Source of the DNA: Rickettsiales bacterium
GTDB lineage: Bacteria; Pseudomonadota; Alphaproteobacteria; Rickettsiales; UBA998
Assembly (NCBI GenBank): GCA_024304995.1
Contig: JAMWZD010000004.1
Location: 75,282-139,281, forward strand
Reading direction: 5' to 3'
DNA: 64,000 nucleotides
Positions 28,017-38,369 of this stretch are shown piece by piece (positions within the stretch are counted from its first letter, which is position 1; the number at the start of each line of letters is the position of its first letter). The notes below the pieces were generated by a model. That model was not told where the DNA came from. It saw nothing but the letters and a program-made list of their open reading frames with translations, and made no database searches. Both the position numbers and the translations under genes were made by a program.

Positions 28017-30647
28017 TTGAATACTTTAATCGTTGAATCGCCCGCGAAGGCAAAAACTATCAATAAATATCTCGGCAAGGACTTTACCGTGCTTGCGTCT
28101 TTCGGGCATGTGCGCGATCTGCCATCCAAAAATGGTTCAGTCCGTCCTGAAGAAGATTTTGCGATGGATTATGAAGTCGATAGTGATTCCAAAAAACGAT
28201 TGAGCGATATTGCCAAAGCCGTTAAAGAATCAGATATACTCTATCTCGCAACTGACCCTGACCGTGAAGGCGAAGCCATTTCATGGCATGTGGTGGAAGC
28301 CTTGCGTGCTTCCAAACGTTTGCGCAAAGACGTAGAAATTAAGCGTGTTACCTTCACCGAAATTACAAAAAAAGCCGTGCTGGATGCGGTGGCAAATCCT
28401 CGTGATATTGATATGGACTTAGTCAATGCGCAGCAAGCCCGCCGCGCCTTGGATTATCTGGTAGGCTTTTCACTCTCGCCTGTCTTATGGCGCAAATTGC
28501 CAGGGGCGCGTTCTGCGGGGCGGGTGCAGTCTGTGGCATTACGTTTGGTCTGTGAACGTGACGCGGAAATTGAGCAATTTATCTCTCAGGAATATTGGGA
28601 CATTAGCGCCGATTTGGCAAAAGCAGGTACATCCCTCAATGCACGTCTGACACATTGGCAGTCTGACAAGCTGGAGAAATTCTCTATTCCCAATGAAGCA
28701 CGTGCCACAGAACTAACCAAAGCACTGGAAGGCAAAAAAGTGACTGTGGAGACGGTCAAGCCGCGCCAGATGCGCCGCAACCCTTATGCGCCCTTCACCA
28801 CCTCCACTTTGCAAATGGATGCGTCCCGCAAGTTGGGTTTCAGCGCCAAGCAAACCATGATGATTGCACAAAAACTCTATGAAGGGATTGACATTGGCGG
28901 GGAAACGGTTGGTTTAATCACTTACATGCGTACGGATGGCGTGCAGGTATCTGCCGAAGCAGTGCAAGGCGCGCGTGAGTGGATCGTGAATGAATGTGGC
29001 AAACCATATTTGCCAGAAAAACCAAAATTTTATAGCTCAAAAGCAAAAAATGCTCAGGAAGCACACGAAGCGATTCGCCCCACCTCTGTGGCACGCACTC
29101 CTGCTTCCCTGCGCAAGCGTTTAAATGATGAGCAGTTTAAGCTCTATGATCTGATCTGGAAGCGTATGGTGGCATCTCAAATGGAACCAGCGGTATATGA
29201 TCAGCTTTCCGTTGAATTTAAGGAAAAAGACAATCCCGCCATGCTTCGCGCCTCTGGTTCTGTGCTGAAATTTGACGGGTTTTTGAAGCTCTATCGTCAG
29301 GGAATGGATGACGACCAGAAAGAAGAAGCTGAAAATCAGGCGCTGCCTCCGCTGGAAGTGGGTGATGTGCTGGACATCAAAAAAGTGATGCCTGAACAGC
29401 ATTTCACCGAGCCTCCACCACGATATACAGAAGCATCGCTTGTGAAACGTCTGGAAGAACTTGGCATTGGCCGCCCTTCCACCTTCGCAGCTATTTTGTC
29501 TGTATTGCAGGATAGAGGGTATGTGCGTCTGGACAAAAAACGCTTCATCGCCGAAATGCGCGGGCGTTTGGTGAGTGCGTTTCTGGAAAGTTACTTCCAC
29601 AAATATGTGGAATATGACTTCACGGCAGATCTTGAACAGAAGCTGGATGAAATTTCAGCTGGTAAACTGGACTGGAAAGCCGTCCTGCGTGAATTCTGGG
29701 AACCGTTTATTGCAAAAATTACTGACACAAAAGATGTTGCCCCGCGAGACATTTTGGAAGTGCTGGACAGCGCCCTTGCCACCTTTATTTACGGCAAACA
29801 GGACGTATCTGAAGAAGATCGCCTTTGCTCAAAATGCAAAGAAGGCGGATTATTTTTAAAAACTGGGAAATTCGGCGCGTTCTTAGGCTGCAATCGTTAT
29901 CCTGACTGTAACTACACCAAACCACTGGATACGGGTGATAATGCTGCAGATGAGGGCATTCCTGCAGATGCAGAATTTCCAAAAATGCTCGGCGCTTCCC
30001 CCACTGGCGCTGATGTGTTGCTCAAAAAAGGGCCCTACGGCATTTATGTGGAAATGGATGTGGACGGCAAAGCCAAACGCACAGGAGTGCCACGCGGCAC
30101 TAACGTCGATGATATTACGCTCGATATGGCTCTTGGTCTGCTTTCCCTACCGCGTGAGGTGGGTGAACACCCTGAAACAGGCAAAATGATTAAAGCAGGC
30201 ATCGGGCGTTTCGGACCATATCTGATCCATGACAGCAAATACACTACCCTGAAAGAAGATGATGTGCTGACCGTGGGCATGAACCGCGCAGTCACGTTGA
30301 TTGCTGAAGCAGATGCAAAACGCAAAGGTATGAGCGAACCGCTTAAAGTGCTAGGAAAACACCCTGATGATGACACTGAAATTGCTGTCTTCAAAGGGCG
30401 ATACGGGCCTTATGTGAAATATAATAAAGTCAATGCATCCCTGCCGAAAGGCACTGAGGTGGAGGATTACACGCTGGAAGAAGCGCTGGAACTGATAGCT
30501 AAAAAAGCAAAAACACCTGCGAAGAAAAAAGCTACTGCCAAAAAACCTGCAGCGACTAAATCTACAGCAAAAAAGCCTGCTGCAAAGAAAGCAGCGCCCA
30601 AAAAAGCAGCTGCAAAAAAATCTGCTGCAAAGAAAAAAGAAGCGTAG
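28017..30647 (+). CDS. topA: DNA topoisomerase I with Lys/Ala/Pro-rich C-terminal tail
   Basis: TTG start. It has a TOPRIM N-terminus (LIVESPAKAKTINKYLG, ATDPDREGEAISWH), the active-site region GLITYMRTD and a zinc-ribbon CSKCKEG...CNRYPDC. The tail reads KKATAKKPAATKSTAKKPAAKKAAPKKAAAKKSAAKKKEA. Confidence 0.95.
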   Translation: MNTLIVESPAKAKTINKYLGKDFTVLASFGHVRDLPSKNGSVRPEEDFAMDYEVDSDSKKRLSDIAKAVKESDILYLATDPDREGEAISWHVVEALRASKRLRKDVEIKRVTFTEITKKAVLDAVANPRDIDMDLVNAQQARRALDYLVGFSLSPVLWRKLPGARSAGRVQSVALRLVCERDAEIEQFISQEYWDISADLAKAGTSLNARLTHWQSDKLEKFSIPNEARATELTKALEGKKVTVETVKPRQMRRNPYAPFTTSTLQMDASRKLGFSAKQTMMIAQKLYEGIDIGGETVGLITYMRTDGVQVSAEAVQGAREWIVNECGKPYLPEKPKFYSSKAKNAQEAHEAIRPTSVARTPASLRKRLNDEQFKLYDLIWKRMVASQMEPAVYDQLSVEFKEKDNPAMLRASGSVLKFDGFLKLYRQGMDDDQKEEAENQALPPLEVGDVLDIKKVMPEQHFTEPPPRYTEASLVKRLEELGIGRPSTFAAILSVLQDRGYVRLDKKRFIAEMRGRLVSAFLESYFHKYVEYDFTADLEQKLDEISAGKLDWKAVLREFWEPFIAKITDTKDVAPRDILEVLDSALATFIYGKQDVSEEDRLCSKCKEGGLFLKTGKFGAFLGCNRYPDCNYTKPLDTGDNAADEGIPADAEFPKMLGASPTGADVLLKKGPYGIYVEMDVDGKAKRTGVPRGTNVDDITLDMALGLLSLPREVGEHPETGKMIKAGIGRFGPYLIHDSKYTTLKEDDVLTVGMNRAVTLIAEADAKRKGMSEPLKVLGKHPDDDTEIAVFKGRYGPYVKYNKVNASLPKGTEVEDYTLEEALELIAKKAKTPAKKKATAKKPAATKSTAKKPAAKKAAPKKAAAKKSAAKKKEA

Positions 30648-30659
30648 TATATTAGCGAT

Positions 30660-30968
30660 ATGAAACATAAAGTAAAAATCTATCAGCCTGCAAAAACTGC
30701 CATGTCTTCTGGACGGGCAAAAACGAAAAAATGGAAGCTGGAGTTTGACAAGCTGCACGGCAATTTCATTGACCCGCTCATGGGCTGGGTGGGGCAGCGT
30801 GACACGCAACAACAGCTAAATCTATATTTTGATTCTCAGGAAGAAGCCATTGCCTACGCGGAAGAAAAAGGGCTGGATTACCGTGTGATTACGCCGAAAA
30901 CCAAGCGTTTTAAAAAGAAATCCTACGCTGATAATTTCAAATTTGATGCGGTGAGAAAGCGCTCTTAA
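30660..30968 (+). CDS. ETC complex I NDUFS4 (18-kDa/AQDQ)-like protein
   Basis: 102 aa with KIYQPAKTAMSSGRAKTKKWKLEF...DPLMGWVGQRDTQQQLNLYFDSQEEAIAYAEEKGLDY, the pattern typical of the alphaproteobacterial NDUFS4 homologue. Confidence 0.85.
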   Translation: MKHKVKIYQPAKTAMSSGRAKTKKWKLEFDKLHGNFIDPLMGWVGQRDTQQQLNLYFDSQEEAIAYAEEKGLDYRVITPKTKRFKKKSYADNFKFDAVRKRS

Positions 30969-30979
30969 GGTTCAGCGCG

Positions 30980-33715
30980 TTAATGCGCCTCACCCCAATG
31001 CGCTCCTGTTCCTGAATCCACAATTAACGGCACGTCCAATTGCGCGACCTGCTCCATGCGCTTTTTGATGCGGTCTATCAATGTCTCTTCACCTTCTGCC
31101 AGCTCAAACACCAATTCATCATGCACCTGCAGCAACATGCGGGTGTTGCATTGTTCAGCCTGCAGCAATTCATGCACAGAAATCATTGCACGCTTGATAA
31201 TGTCCGCAGCACTACCCTGCAGCGGCGCGTTAATTGCTGCGCGTTCTGCAAAGGCGCGGCGATTGGGGTTGCGGTCATTGATCATCGGCGTATGACAACG
31301 TCTGCCCCATAAGGTCGTCACATATCCTTTCTCACGCGCTTCCTGTTTGGTCGCCTCCATATATTTCCGAATGCCAGGATATTGCTCAAAATAAAGTTTA
31401 ATATAATCCGCTGCCTCCCCGCGTGAAATACCCAGACGCGCAGAAAGCCCATGCGCAGAGATACCGTAAATAATACCGAAATTAATCGTCTTTGCGCGAC
31501 GGCGCAGCTCTGAATCCACCTCATCAATGCTTACACCAAACATCTGTGATGCCGTGGCGGCATGAATATCGCGTCCATTTTTAAACGCCTCAATCAGCGG
31601 TTCAATTTTGGCGACGTGTGCTAGCAAACGCAACTCAATCTGTGAATAATCTGCTGCCATCAGTTTAAATCCATCTTCCGCAATAAAGGCCTCACGAATC
31701 ATCCGTCCCTGCTCTGTACGAATCGGGATATTCTGTAAATTCGGATCAGACGAACTTAACCGCCCTGTGGAGGTTGCTGCCAGAGAATAACTCGTATGCA
31801 CACGCCCTGTTTTCGGGTTAATCTGCTTTACCAGCGCATCCGTATACGTGCTTTTCAGCTTGGAAAGCTGTCGCCACTCTAACACTTTTTCAGGCAGCGT
31901 ATGCCCCTGCAACGCCAATTCTTCCAGCACTTCCGCCCCTGTGCTATACGCTCCACTTTTAGACTTTTTGCCGTCTGCCAGTGCCAGTTCGTCAAAAATA
32001 ATCTCGCCTAATTGCTTCGGCGAACCAATATTAAATTCACGACCTGCAAGGCCATAAATCTCTCCTTCCAGAGTATGCATCAGCCCTGCAAAATTATTCG
32101 ACATAGCCCGAAGCTGCGCCTTATCCACCTTCACGCCATATTGTTCCATCTCAACCACAACAGGAACAAGCGCGCGTTCTATCCGCTCATATACTGTTAC
32201 CAGTTTTTCTTCCAGCAAGCGAGATTTGAGCAACTGCCACAGGCGCATTGTTACATCCGCATCTTCCGCAGCATAATCTTTCGCCTTTTCCAACTCGACA
32301 TAATCAAAGGTGATCTGTGATTTTCCCGTGCCAACAATATCTTTAAATTTGGACGTATTCACACCTAGATATTTCTCAGCCAACTCATCCATATTGTGGT
32401 TATGTGCACCCGCATTCAGGCAATATGAAATCAACATCGTATCTTCTACAGGTGCGACGGACACATTATAGCTGCGCATCACCAGCATATCATATTTGAT
32501 ATTATGCCCGATTTTCAGCACTGCGTCATCTTGCAGCAATAATTTAAGCGCGGCAAGCCCAGCATCAAACGGCACTTGGTCTCTCAGGCGCGTGTCTTCC
32601 TGCTCAAACAACCCACCCTGCTCTTCTGGCTGTGTTTTGTGATTCAGCGGAACATAATATGCCTTTCCAGCTTGCGTGCTTAGCGACACCCCGACCAGTT
32701 CCGCCTGCGTGGCATCCAGCGAAGTTGTTTCCACATCAAACGCCACGACGCGCGCGGCTTTGCATTCAGCAATTAATTGATGCAGCGCATCCATATTGGT
32801 GACAAGCTGATAATCCGTTTCAACCGCGTCATGCGCTTCTGGCTTTGGTGCAGCATCCGCACCATATTTTTGTTCCACGCGATTGCGAAGCGTTTTGAAA
32901 TTCTGCTCGAAGCAAAAATCTGCAAACTTGCTCGCGTCAATGGCTTTTAGCTCATATTCTTTGAAGTCTGGCAAATCCTCGCAATCATCTTTCAGCGTGA
33001 CCAGCTGCTTGGAAAGCAATGCCTGCTCTTTAAATTCAATCAAAGTTTCGCGGCGTTTCTTTTGTGGTATTTCCTCTGCGTGGTCCAGCAAATTTTCCAG
33101 CGTGTCATATTCACCAATTAACTGCGCCGCTGTTTTCGGTCCAATACCAGGCACGCCAGGAATATTATCCACCGAATCGCCCATCAGCGCCTGCACTTCA
33201 ATCACCTTGTGCGGCAATACGCCAAACTTCTTCTCCACATCTTCCAGCCCCATCCATGCATTTTTCATGGGGTCAAACATGGTCACGCCATGCGCCATCA
33301 ACTGCATTAAATCCTTATCAGATGACACAAGTGCCACTTCAAACCCTTCTGCCAGTGCATGTTTTGCATACGTCGCAATCACATCATCTGCCTCTACGCC
33401 TTCCTGCTCCACAATATCCAGATTCAGCGCACTTGCTGCCTGACGCACAATTGGGAATTGCGGCACAAGGTCTTCTGGCGGCGGCGGACGGTGGGCTTTA
33501 TAGTCCAAATAAATATCATTGCGGAACGTAATACTGGATGCATCAAACACCACCACCGCGTGGCTGGCTTCCATTTCCTCTCGCAATTTCAGCAACATGG
33601 TGGTGAAGCCATAGACAGCGCCTGTGGGCGTTCCGTCCAAGCGGGTGAGTGGTGGCAATTTGTGGTATGCACGGAAAATAAAGCCCGAGCCGTCTATTAG
33701 CATTAGTTTTTTCAT
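30980..33715 (-). CDS. polA: DNA polymerase I
   Basis: 911 aa with a 5'-nuclease N-terminus (LIDGSGFIFRAYH), a 3'-5' exonuclease domain (AFDVETTSLD) and polymerase motifs (DYSQIELRLLAH, RRRAKTINFGIIYG, QVHDELVFE). Confidence 0.96.
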   Translation of the reverse strand: MKKLMLIDGSGFIFRAYHKLPPLTRLDGTPTGAVYGFTTMLLKLREEMEASHAVVVFDASSITFRNDIYLDYKAHRPPPPEDLVPQFPIVRQAASALNLDIVEQEGVEADDVIATYAKHALAEGFEVALVSSDKDLMQLMAHGVTMFDPMKNAWMGLEDVEKKFGVLPHKVIEVQALMGDSVDNIPGVPGIGPKTAAQLIGEYDTLENLLDHAEEIPQKKRRETLIEFKEQALLSKQLVTLKDDCEDLPDFKEYELKAIDASKFADFCFEQNFKTLRNRVEQKYGADAAPKPEAHDAVETDYQLVTNMDALHQLIAECKAARVVAFDVETTSLDATQAELVGVSLSTQAGKAYYVPLNHKTQPEEQGGLFEQEDTRLRDQVPFDAGLAALKLLLQDDAVLKIGHNIKYDMLVMRSYNVSVAPVEDTMLISYCLNAGAHNHNMDELAEKYLGVNTSKFKDIVGTGKSQITFDYVELEKAKDYAAEDADVTMRLWQLLKSRLLEEKLVTVYERIERALVPVVVEMEQYGVKVDKAQLRAMSNNFAGLMHTLEGEIYGLAGREFNIGSPKQLGEIIFDELALADGKKSKSGAYSTGAEVLEELALQGHTLPEKVLEWRQLSKLKSTYTDALVKQINPKTGRVHTSYSLAATSTGRLSSSDPNLQNIPIRTEQGRMIREAFIAEDGFKLMAADYSQIELRLLAHVAKIEPLIEAFKNGRDIHAATASQMFGVSIDEVDSELRRRAKTINFGIIYGISAHGLSARLGISRGEAADYIKLYFEQYPGIRKYMEATKQEAREKGYVTTLWGRRCHTPMINDRNPNRRAFAERAAINAPLQGSAADIIKRAMISVHELLQAEQCNTRMLLQVHDELVFELAEGEETLIDRIKKRMEQVAQLDVPLIVDSGTGAHWGEAH

Positions 33716-33819
33716 AGATTGGTTTTAATTGAAGAAACAAAGCGATGCACGAATATTCTTTTTAATAGAGGTTAATTATGTTATAATTTTAATTGTACAC
33801 TATTCTTTAAGACGAAATT

Positions 33820-34314
33820 ATGTCTACTAATTCTAACAACGCACAAATCTTTGACGCAAATTTTTCCGTAGAACAAATTTTGATTTTGTTCAAAGCAGGA
33901 AATTTAACTCTAGAAGAAGCAACAGATCTTCTTAAACGTAATAAAAAAACAGAAGCAAAAAAAGCAATAGCGGAAACAGAAAAAAAACCTACTGATGTTT
34001 TTCAGAAAAAGCTTAGCATGTTTATATACAATTTTCTTGGGGATGGATGTGTTCTCGTTGATCATAATTTAAAAAGTTCAAACTATGAATTTATGGGAAA
34101 TTATCTCCTTAAAATTGAGACCCGAGGTCTCATCTGGACCGCAAATTTTGTGAACGAAAGTTCGGTTATAGATAATCGAAAATTCTGTAGAGCGCTTAAA
34201 GCATTGGAAAGAAATAAAATAGTTCTATCCCAAAATGATTTTGTTTGGAATTGGGAAAAACATTCCACAATATGGTGGAATGCTCAATTACTGATTCGCC
34301 TACTGGAAGAGTAA
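33820..34314 (+). CDS. Hypothetical protein (orphan)
   Basis: 164-aa ORF in an AT-rich islet, followed by an intrinsic terminator. No family recognised. Confidence 0.5.
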   Translation: MSTNSNNAQIFDANFSVEQILILFKAGNLTLEEATDLLKRNKKTEAKKAIAETEKKPTDVFQKKLSMFIYNFLGDGCVLVDHNLKSSNYEFMGNYLLKIETRGLIWTANFVNESSVIDNRKFCRALKALERNKIVLSQNDFVWNWEKHSTIWWNAQLLIRLLEE

Positions 34315-34325
34315 AAATCAACTTA

Positions 34326-34357
34326 AGCTGGAAAGCATATTTCCAGCTTTCTTTTTT
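34326..34357 (+). terminator. Rho-independent terminator
   Basis: AGCTGGAAA-GCATA-TTTCCAGCT (9-bp stem) followed by TTCTTTTTT. Confidence 0.75.
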
Positions 34358-34391
34358 CATACAATAATTAAAAATCTAAAAATACGTTATA

Positions 34392-34874
34392 ATGCGTAAT
34401 ATAGCTGTAACATATCTTGCATATTATAATCACATGACTAAAAATAACATTACCAATTATTCTTCTTTAGAAACGAAAAGTCTTGAGCGGCTTCAACAGA
34501 ACCTTTCGCATGAAATTGAACATCCAAAAGTTGAATTATCAGACAAAATAAAAAATTTTACAGAATCTGCTGTATTTATGGGAACAACGGTACGAACAGT
34601 AGCATTTGGAGCCGCAGCGGTTGTTTTAGCAACCAATGAAAAGGCTCAGGAGCTGGCTGGAATTGAAAATGTTCTTGCAGAACCTGAAAAACTAAGAAAC
34701 ATTAGTCTTGGCGTTGGAGCATTAGCAGGTGGATTGAGTGGTGTCATCAATATGGTTGGAACACATCAAAAGCAACGTATTGATCAGGCACGCGCAAACG
34801 CCACAGAATTATCTTATGTGAATAAATTGCTGGATGAAAGAGATAGTGAACCATCTATTGAACCAGTTCGCTGA
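34392..34874 (+). CDS. Hypothetical membrane-associated protein (orphan)
   Basis: 160-aa ORF (possible start at the internal MTKNN). It has two hydrophobic, Gly/Ala-rich segments (AVFMGTTVRTVAFGAAAVVLATN, ISLGVGALAGGLSGVINMVG). No family recognised. Confidence 0.45.
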   Translation: MRNIAVTYLAYYNHMTKNNITNYSSLETKSLERLQQNLSHEIEHPKVELSDKIKNFTESAVFMGTTVRTVAFGAAAVVLATNEKAQELAGIENVLAEPEKLRNISLGVGALAGGLSGVINMVGTHQKQRIDQARANATELSYVNKLLDERDSEPSIEPVR

Positions 34875-34877
34875 TAA

Positions 34878-36095
34878 TTACGCCACCTTCTCATAATGCG
34901 AATCAATATACGCTTCCACGCGGCTCATAAATTCCTGTGCAATATGGTCACCGCGTAACGTTACGGTTTTCTTGCCATCTTCAAAGACGGGGGCGACGGG
35001 GCTTTCGCCTGTGCCGGGCAGTGAAATTCCAATATTCGCATGGCGGGATTCTCCCGGACCATTTACAATACATCCCATCACCGCAACACTCATATTTTCC
35101 ACACCGCTATATTGCTGTTTCCACTGCGGCATTTGGGTGCGCAACCATTGCTGAATGTCACTGGCGAGTTGCTGAAAATACGTGCTGGTCGTGCGTCCGC
35201 AGCCCGGGCAGGCGGTCACCAGTGGCATGAAAGAACGGATGCCCATCGTTTGCAGAATTTCCTGCGCCACCACCACTTCGTCTGTGCGCGGCTGCCCCAC
35301 TTCAGGTGTGAGAGACACGCGAATCGTGTCCCCAATGCCTTCCTGCAACAATACAGAAAGCGCTGCTGTACTGGCGACAATTCCTTTGGAACCAATACCT
35401 GCTTCGGTCAACCCCAGATGTAGCGCATAATCGCAACGCCTTGCCAACTCACGATAGACCTTAATTAACGGCTGGACTTCGCTTACCTTGCAGGAAAGCA
35501 GAATTTTGTTGCGCGGCAAGCCGATTTTTTCTGCAGCCTCGGCACTTTCCAGCGCAGACACAATCAGTGCTTCACGACTTATTTCTTCAGCACTAAGTGG
35601 ATTGTCACGCTCTGCATTTTCGTCCATCAGCCGCGCCATCACCTGCTGATCGAGACTGCCCCAATTCACACCTATGCGCACAGGCTTGTCATATTTTATT
35701 GCCTGCTCAATCATCTCGGCAAATTGACGATCATGCTTTGCACCAAACCCTACATTGCCAGGATTGATGCGATATTTTGCCAGCGCCTCTGCCATATCAG
35801 GAAAATCAGCCAGCAGGCGATGCCCATTATAGTGAAAGTCACCCACAATCGGCACATCCAGCCCCAACACTGCCAAACGGTCACGAATATGGGGTACGGC
35901 TTTGGCAGATTCTTCGTTATTCACGGTAATGCGCACCACTTCAGACCCTGCACGGTGCAATTCAGCAATTTGTTGTGTGGTGCTGTCAATATCTGCCGTA
36001 TCTGTATTGGTCATGGATTGCACGACAATTGGCGCATCTCCGCCGACTGTTACATGACCAACTTTAACAGGAACGCTTTTGCGTCTTTCCTGCAT
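34878..36095 (-). CDS. ispG: 4-hydroxy-3-methylbut-2-en-1-yl diphosphate synthase
   Basis: 405 aa with [20 protein letters not shown] and [10 protein letters not shown]...[10 protein letters not shown]. Confidence 0.95.
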   Translation of the reverse strand: MQERRKSVPVKVGHVTVGGDAPIVVQSMTNTDTADIDSTTQQIAELHRAGSEVVRITVNNEESAKAVPHIRDRLAVLGLDVPIVGDFHYNGHRLLADFPDMAEALAKYRINPGNVGFGAKHDRQFAEMIEQAIKYDKPVRIGVNWGSLDQQVMARLMDENAERDNPLSAEEISREALIVSALESAEAAEKIGLPRNKILLSCKVSEVQPLIKVYRELARRCDYALHLGLTEAGIGSKGIVASTAALSVLLQEGIGDTIRVSLTPEVGQPRTDEVVVAQEILQTMGIRSFMPLVTACPGCGRTTSTYFQQLASDIQQWLRTQMPQWKQQYSGVENMSVAVMGCIVNGPGESRHANIGISLPGTGESPVAPVFEDGKKTVTLRGDHIAQEFMSRVEAYIDSHYEKVA

Positions 36096-36727
36096 TAATT
36101 CACTCCAATATAAGGGATAGGATCAAGCGAGGCTTTTTGATATTGTGAGAAATAACAGCCATATACATCATCTGTCGATTCAAAGCAGCTATAGCTGTAA
36201 AATGGGGAGTCGTTAAGCTGGCTATAATCCTGCAGTGATTGTGGCACAGGCTGCACTAAAGACTGACGACCATCTGACGAGCCCATATTTTTAAACAAAA
36301 ACGCAAGAAGAAACGCGGCTAGCAGCAACCCGCCCACTACAAAAAACGGAACCAGATTCACAGGTTGATGATGAGTGCGCATATTGCCATGACGGATTGG
36401 CTGATGAATGGGTGCTGGGGTGGTGATTTTTTTTAAAATCGCTGCAGAATCCAAATCCAGATATTCAGTGTATTTCTTCAGATAGCCACGCGCATAGACT
36501 TCACCTGGCAGCAATGACCAGTCACCTTTTTCCAATGCTGCAATATAATGTTCTAATATATTGGTTTCCTGCGCAGCAACGGGAAGTGAAATAGCTAAAG
36601 ACTCACGGGTCTTTTTTAAATCCATCCCTATAATCGCATGAACATTTTCCTGCGTCTTTTTTTGCAGCTCAACAATGGAGCCTGTTTTTTTCTGTGGAAT
36701 GTCAGGAAGTTCTAACGCTGCGCCCAT
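36095..36727 (-). CDS. Helix-turn-helix membrane protein, RodZ-like
   Basis: 210 aa with an N-terminal HTH-like segment followed by [18 protein letters not shown], and one TM segment ([20 protein letters not shown]). Its position directly upstream of ispG matches rodZ-ispG in many proteobacteria. Confidence 0.55.
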   Translation of the reverse strand: MGAALELPDIPQKKTGSIVELQKKTQENVHAIIGMDLKKTRESLAISLPVAAQETNILEHYIAALEKGDWSLLPGEVYARGYLKKYTEYLDLDSAAILKKITTPAPIHQPIRHGNMRTHHQPVNLVPFFVVGGLLLAAFLLAFLFKNMGSSDGRQSLVQPVPQSLQDYSQLNDSPFYSYSCFESTDDVYGCYFSQYQKASLDPIPYIGVN

Positions 36728-36755
36728 AATATTAACCTCTGCTACTCGAATTATA

Positions 36756-37802
36756 TTATGCCGCTTTTACATGTTCTCTGGCAAGAAAGTCACACGCCTG
36801 GAGCACTAATTCGTCCATAATTTCCTGCATAGGCTGAATTTTTGTGACCAATCCAACACTCTGACCTGCCATAACAGAGCCATGCTCAATATCACCATCC
36901 ACCACGGCTTTGCGAAGCGCGCCTGCCCAGAAATGTTCGATTTTGAGCTGTGCTTCTTTCTTGTCCAGCTTGCCTGCGCGGTAATCTGCAATCACATCCA
37001 CCTGCGTTTGCGCAAATGCCTGCGTGGCTTTGTTGCTAAGTGCGCGGACGGGAATAACAGGAAAATCAGGGTCAATCTGCACAGATGCAGTCGCCGATCG
37101 TGCTTCGCTGCGAATGAAAAAGTTTTTGAAGTTTTCATGCGCAATGGATTCTTCAGCGCAGACAAAACGCGTGCCAAGCTGCACCGCAGCTGCACCCATT
37201 TTCAGGTAAGAGATAATCGCTTCGCCGCGGCCGATGCCACCTGCCACAAACACGGGAACATCACGAATTTCGGGCAGAACTTCCTGCGCCAGAACTGATG
37301 TCGACACAGGGCCAATATGCCCGCCAGCTTCTGTGCCTTCAATCACCAGTGCGTCCGCGCCCAGCTTCACCAGCTTTTTGCCAATGCGCAAAGACGGCGC
37401 AAAACAAATGACTTTTGCAAACGCTTTCACCTGTTCAATGGTGGATGATTTCGGGATTCCCCCTGCCAGCACCACATGCGTGATTTTATGCTTTTTGCAG
37501 ATGTCTATTAATGTGCTTAATTCGGGATGCATCAAAATAAGATTCACTGCAAATGGTTTGCTCGTCAGTTTTTTTGTCTCTGCAATTTCTGTATCAAGTA
37601 ATTCAGGCGTCATCGCCCCGCAGGCTATTACACCAAATCCACCAGAATTAGACAATGCCGCAACCAGATTGCGTTCAGACACCCATGACATTGCACCACC
37701 TAAGATAGCGTATTCCGTGCCGAGAAATTCTTTTCCACGCTGCCACAGCGCGTGCAATTCGTTTAATTTTGGATGATTTTTTAAGGTATGTACTGCATTC
37801 AT
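36756..37802 (-). CDS. Nitronate monooxygenase / FabK-like FMN-dependent oxidoreductase family protein
   Basis: 348-aa TIM-barrel NMO pattern with ILGGAMSWVS, VIEGTEAGGHIG and VAGGIGRGEAI...GAAAVQLGTRF. Confidence 0.8.
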   Translation of the reverse strand: MNAVHTLKNHPKLNELHALWQRGKEFLGTEYAILGGAMSWVSERNLVAALSNSGGFGVIACGAMTPELLDTEIAETKKLTSKPFAVNLILMHPELSTLIDICKKHKITHVVLAGGIPKSSTIEQVKAFAKVICFAPSLRIGKKLVKLGADALVIEGTEAGGHIGPVSTSVLAQEVLPEIRDVPVFVAGGIGRGEAIISYLKMGAAAVQLGTRFVCAEESIAHENFKNFFIRSEARSATASVQIDPDFPVIPVRALSNKATQAFAQTQVDVIADYRAGKLDKKEAQLKIEHFWAGALRKAVVDGDIEHGSVMAGQSVGLVTKIQPMQEIMDELVLQACDFLAREHVKAA

Positions 37803-37859
37803 GGAGAACTTATAGTCGTTTAAAAACCAAGATGCAACATTCTTGATATTGTGTGAATA

Positions 37860-38030
37860 TCACTCTTTCGTTTCGTCTTTTTGCTTTGGCTCGTCATCCT
37901 CTTTCAGCCCTTCTTTTAAAGAGCGAACGCCTTTGCCAATATCCCCCATCACGCGGGGTAAGCGTCCTGCGCCAAAAAGAATCAGCACAACCAGTAAAAT
38001 CAATAAAATCTGCCAGACGCTAATGCCCAT
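37860..38030 (-). CDS. tatA: Twin-arginine translocase subunit TatA/E family
   Basis: Below the ORF-track cutoff. My translation is MGISVWQILLILLVVLILFGAGRLPRVMGDIGKGVRSLKEGLKEDDEPKQKDETKE (56 aa), a canonical TatA N-terminus with the FG hinge. The 70-aa plus-strand track ORF 37843..38055 is its antisense shadow. Confidence 0.8.
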   Translation of the reverse strand: MGISVWQILLILLVVLILFGAGRLPRVMGDIGKGVRSLKEGLKEDDEPKQKDETKE

Positions 38031-38042
38031 AAAACTATCCTT

Positions 38043-38369
38043 TTATTTACTATAGGTTGCCTTATTCATTTCTGCAATGTCAACTGATAAGCGGTCAATA
38101 TCAGTATAATTCTCACGGATTTTTTCGAATATAGCTTTGCTGAGTTCGCTGCGCTCTTCTTCCGTACGCCCAGAAAGAATGGAAATGGTGATATGCATGA
38201 AATTCGCTGCGCCATCTGGCAGCAATTCACGCTCATAAGAATGTGTACGCGCTTTGACAGCCTGCGGAGAAAACAACCCGCAATGGGTAACATGCTGATG
38301 CACGTCATACATTGCCAGCGGAGCAATTTCATTTAACAGTTTTGAATGTTCAATAATGATATGCGGCAT
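38043..38369 (-). CDS. 5-carboxymethyl-2-hydroxymuconate isomerase-like (tautomerase superfamily) protein
   Basis: 108 aa starting MPHIIIEHS (Pro1 after Met removal). The length and pattern fit the CHMI family. Confidence 0.65.
   Translation of the reverse strand: MPHIIIEHSKLLNEIAPLAMYDVHQHVTHCGLFSPQAVKARTHSYERELLPDGAANFMHITISILSGRTEEERSELSKAIFEKIRENYTDIDRLSVDIAEMNKATYSK

Noticed and set aside
30351-30812. A 153-aa Cys/Phe/Arg-rich minus-strand ORF spanning the topA 3' end and the NDUFS4-like gene start.
   Set aside because: It is the antisense reading of the Lys/Ala codon repeats (AAA/GCN read as TTT/NGC). It overlaps two well-supported genes.
37843-38055. A 70-aa plus-strand ORF in the track.
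   Set aside because: It is the antisense shadow of a canonical TatA-family gene on the minus strand (37860..38030). Its own translation is low-complexity Ser/Phe-rich with no recognisable features.
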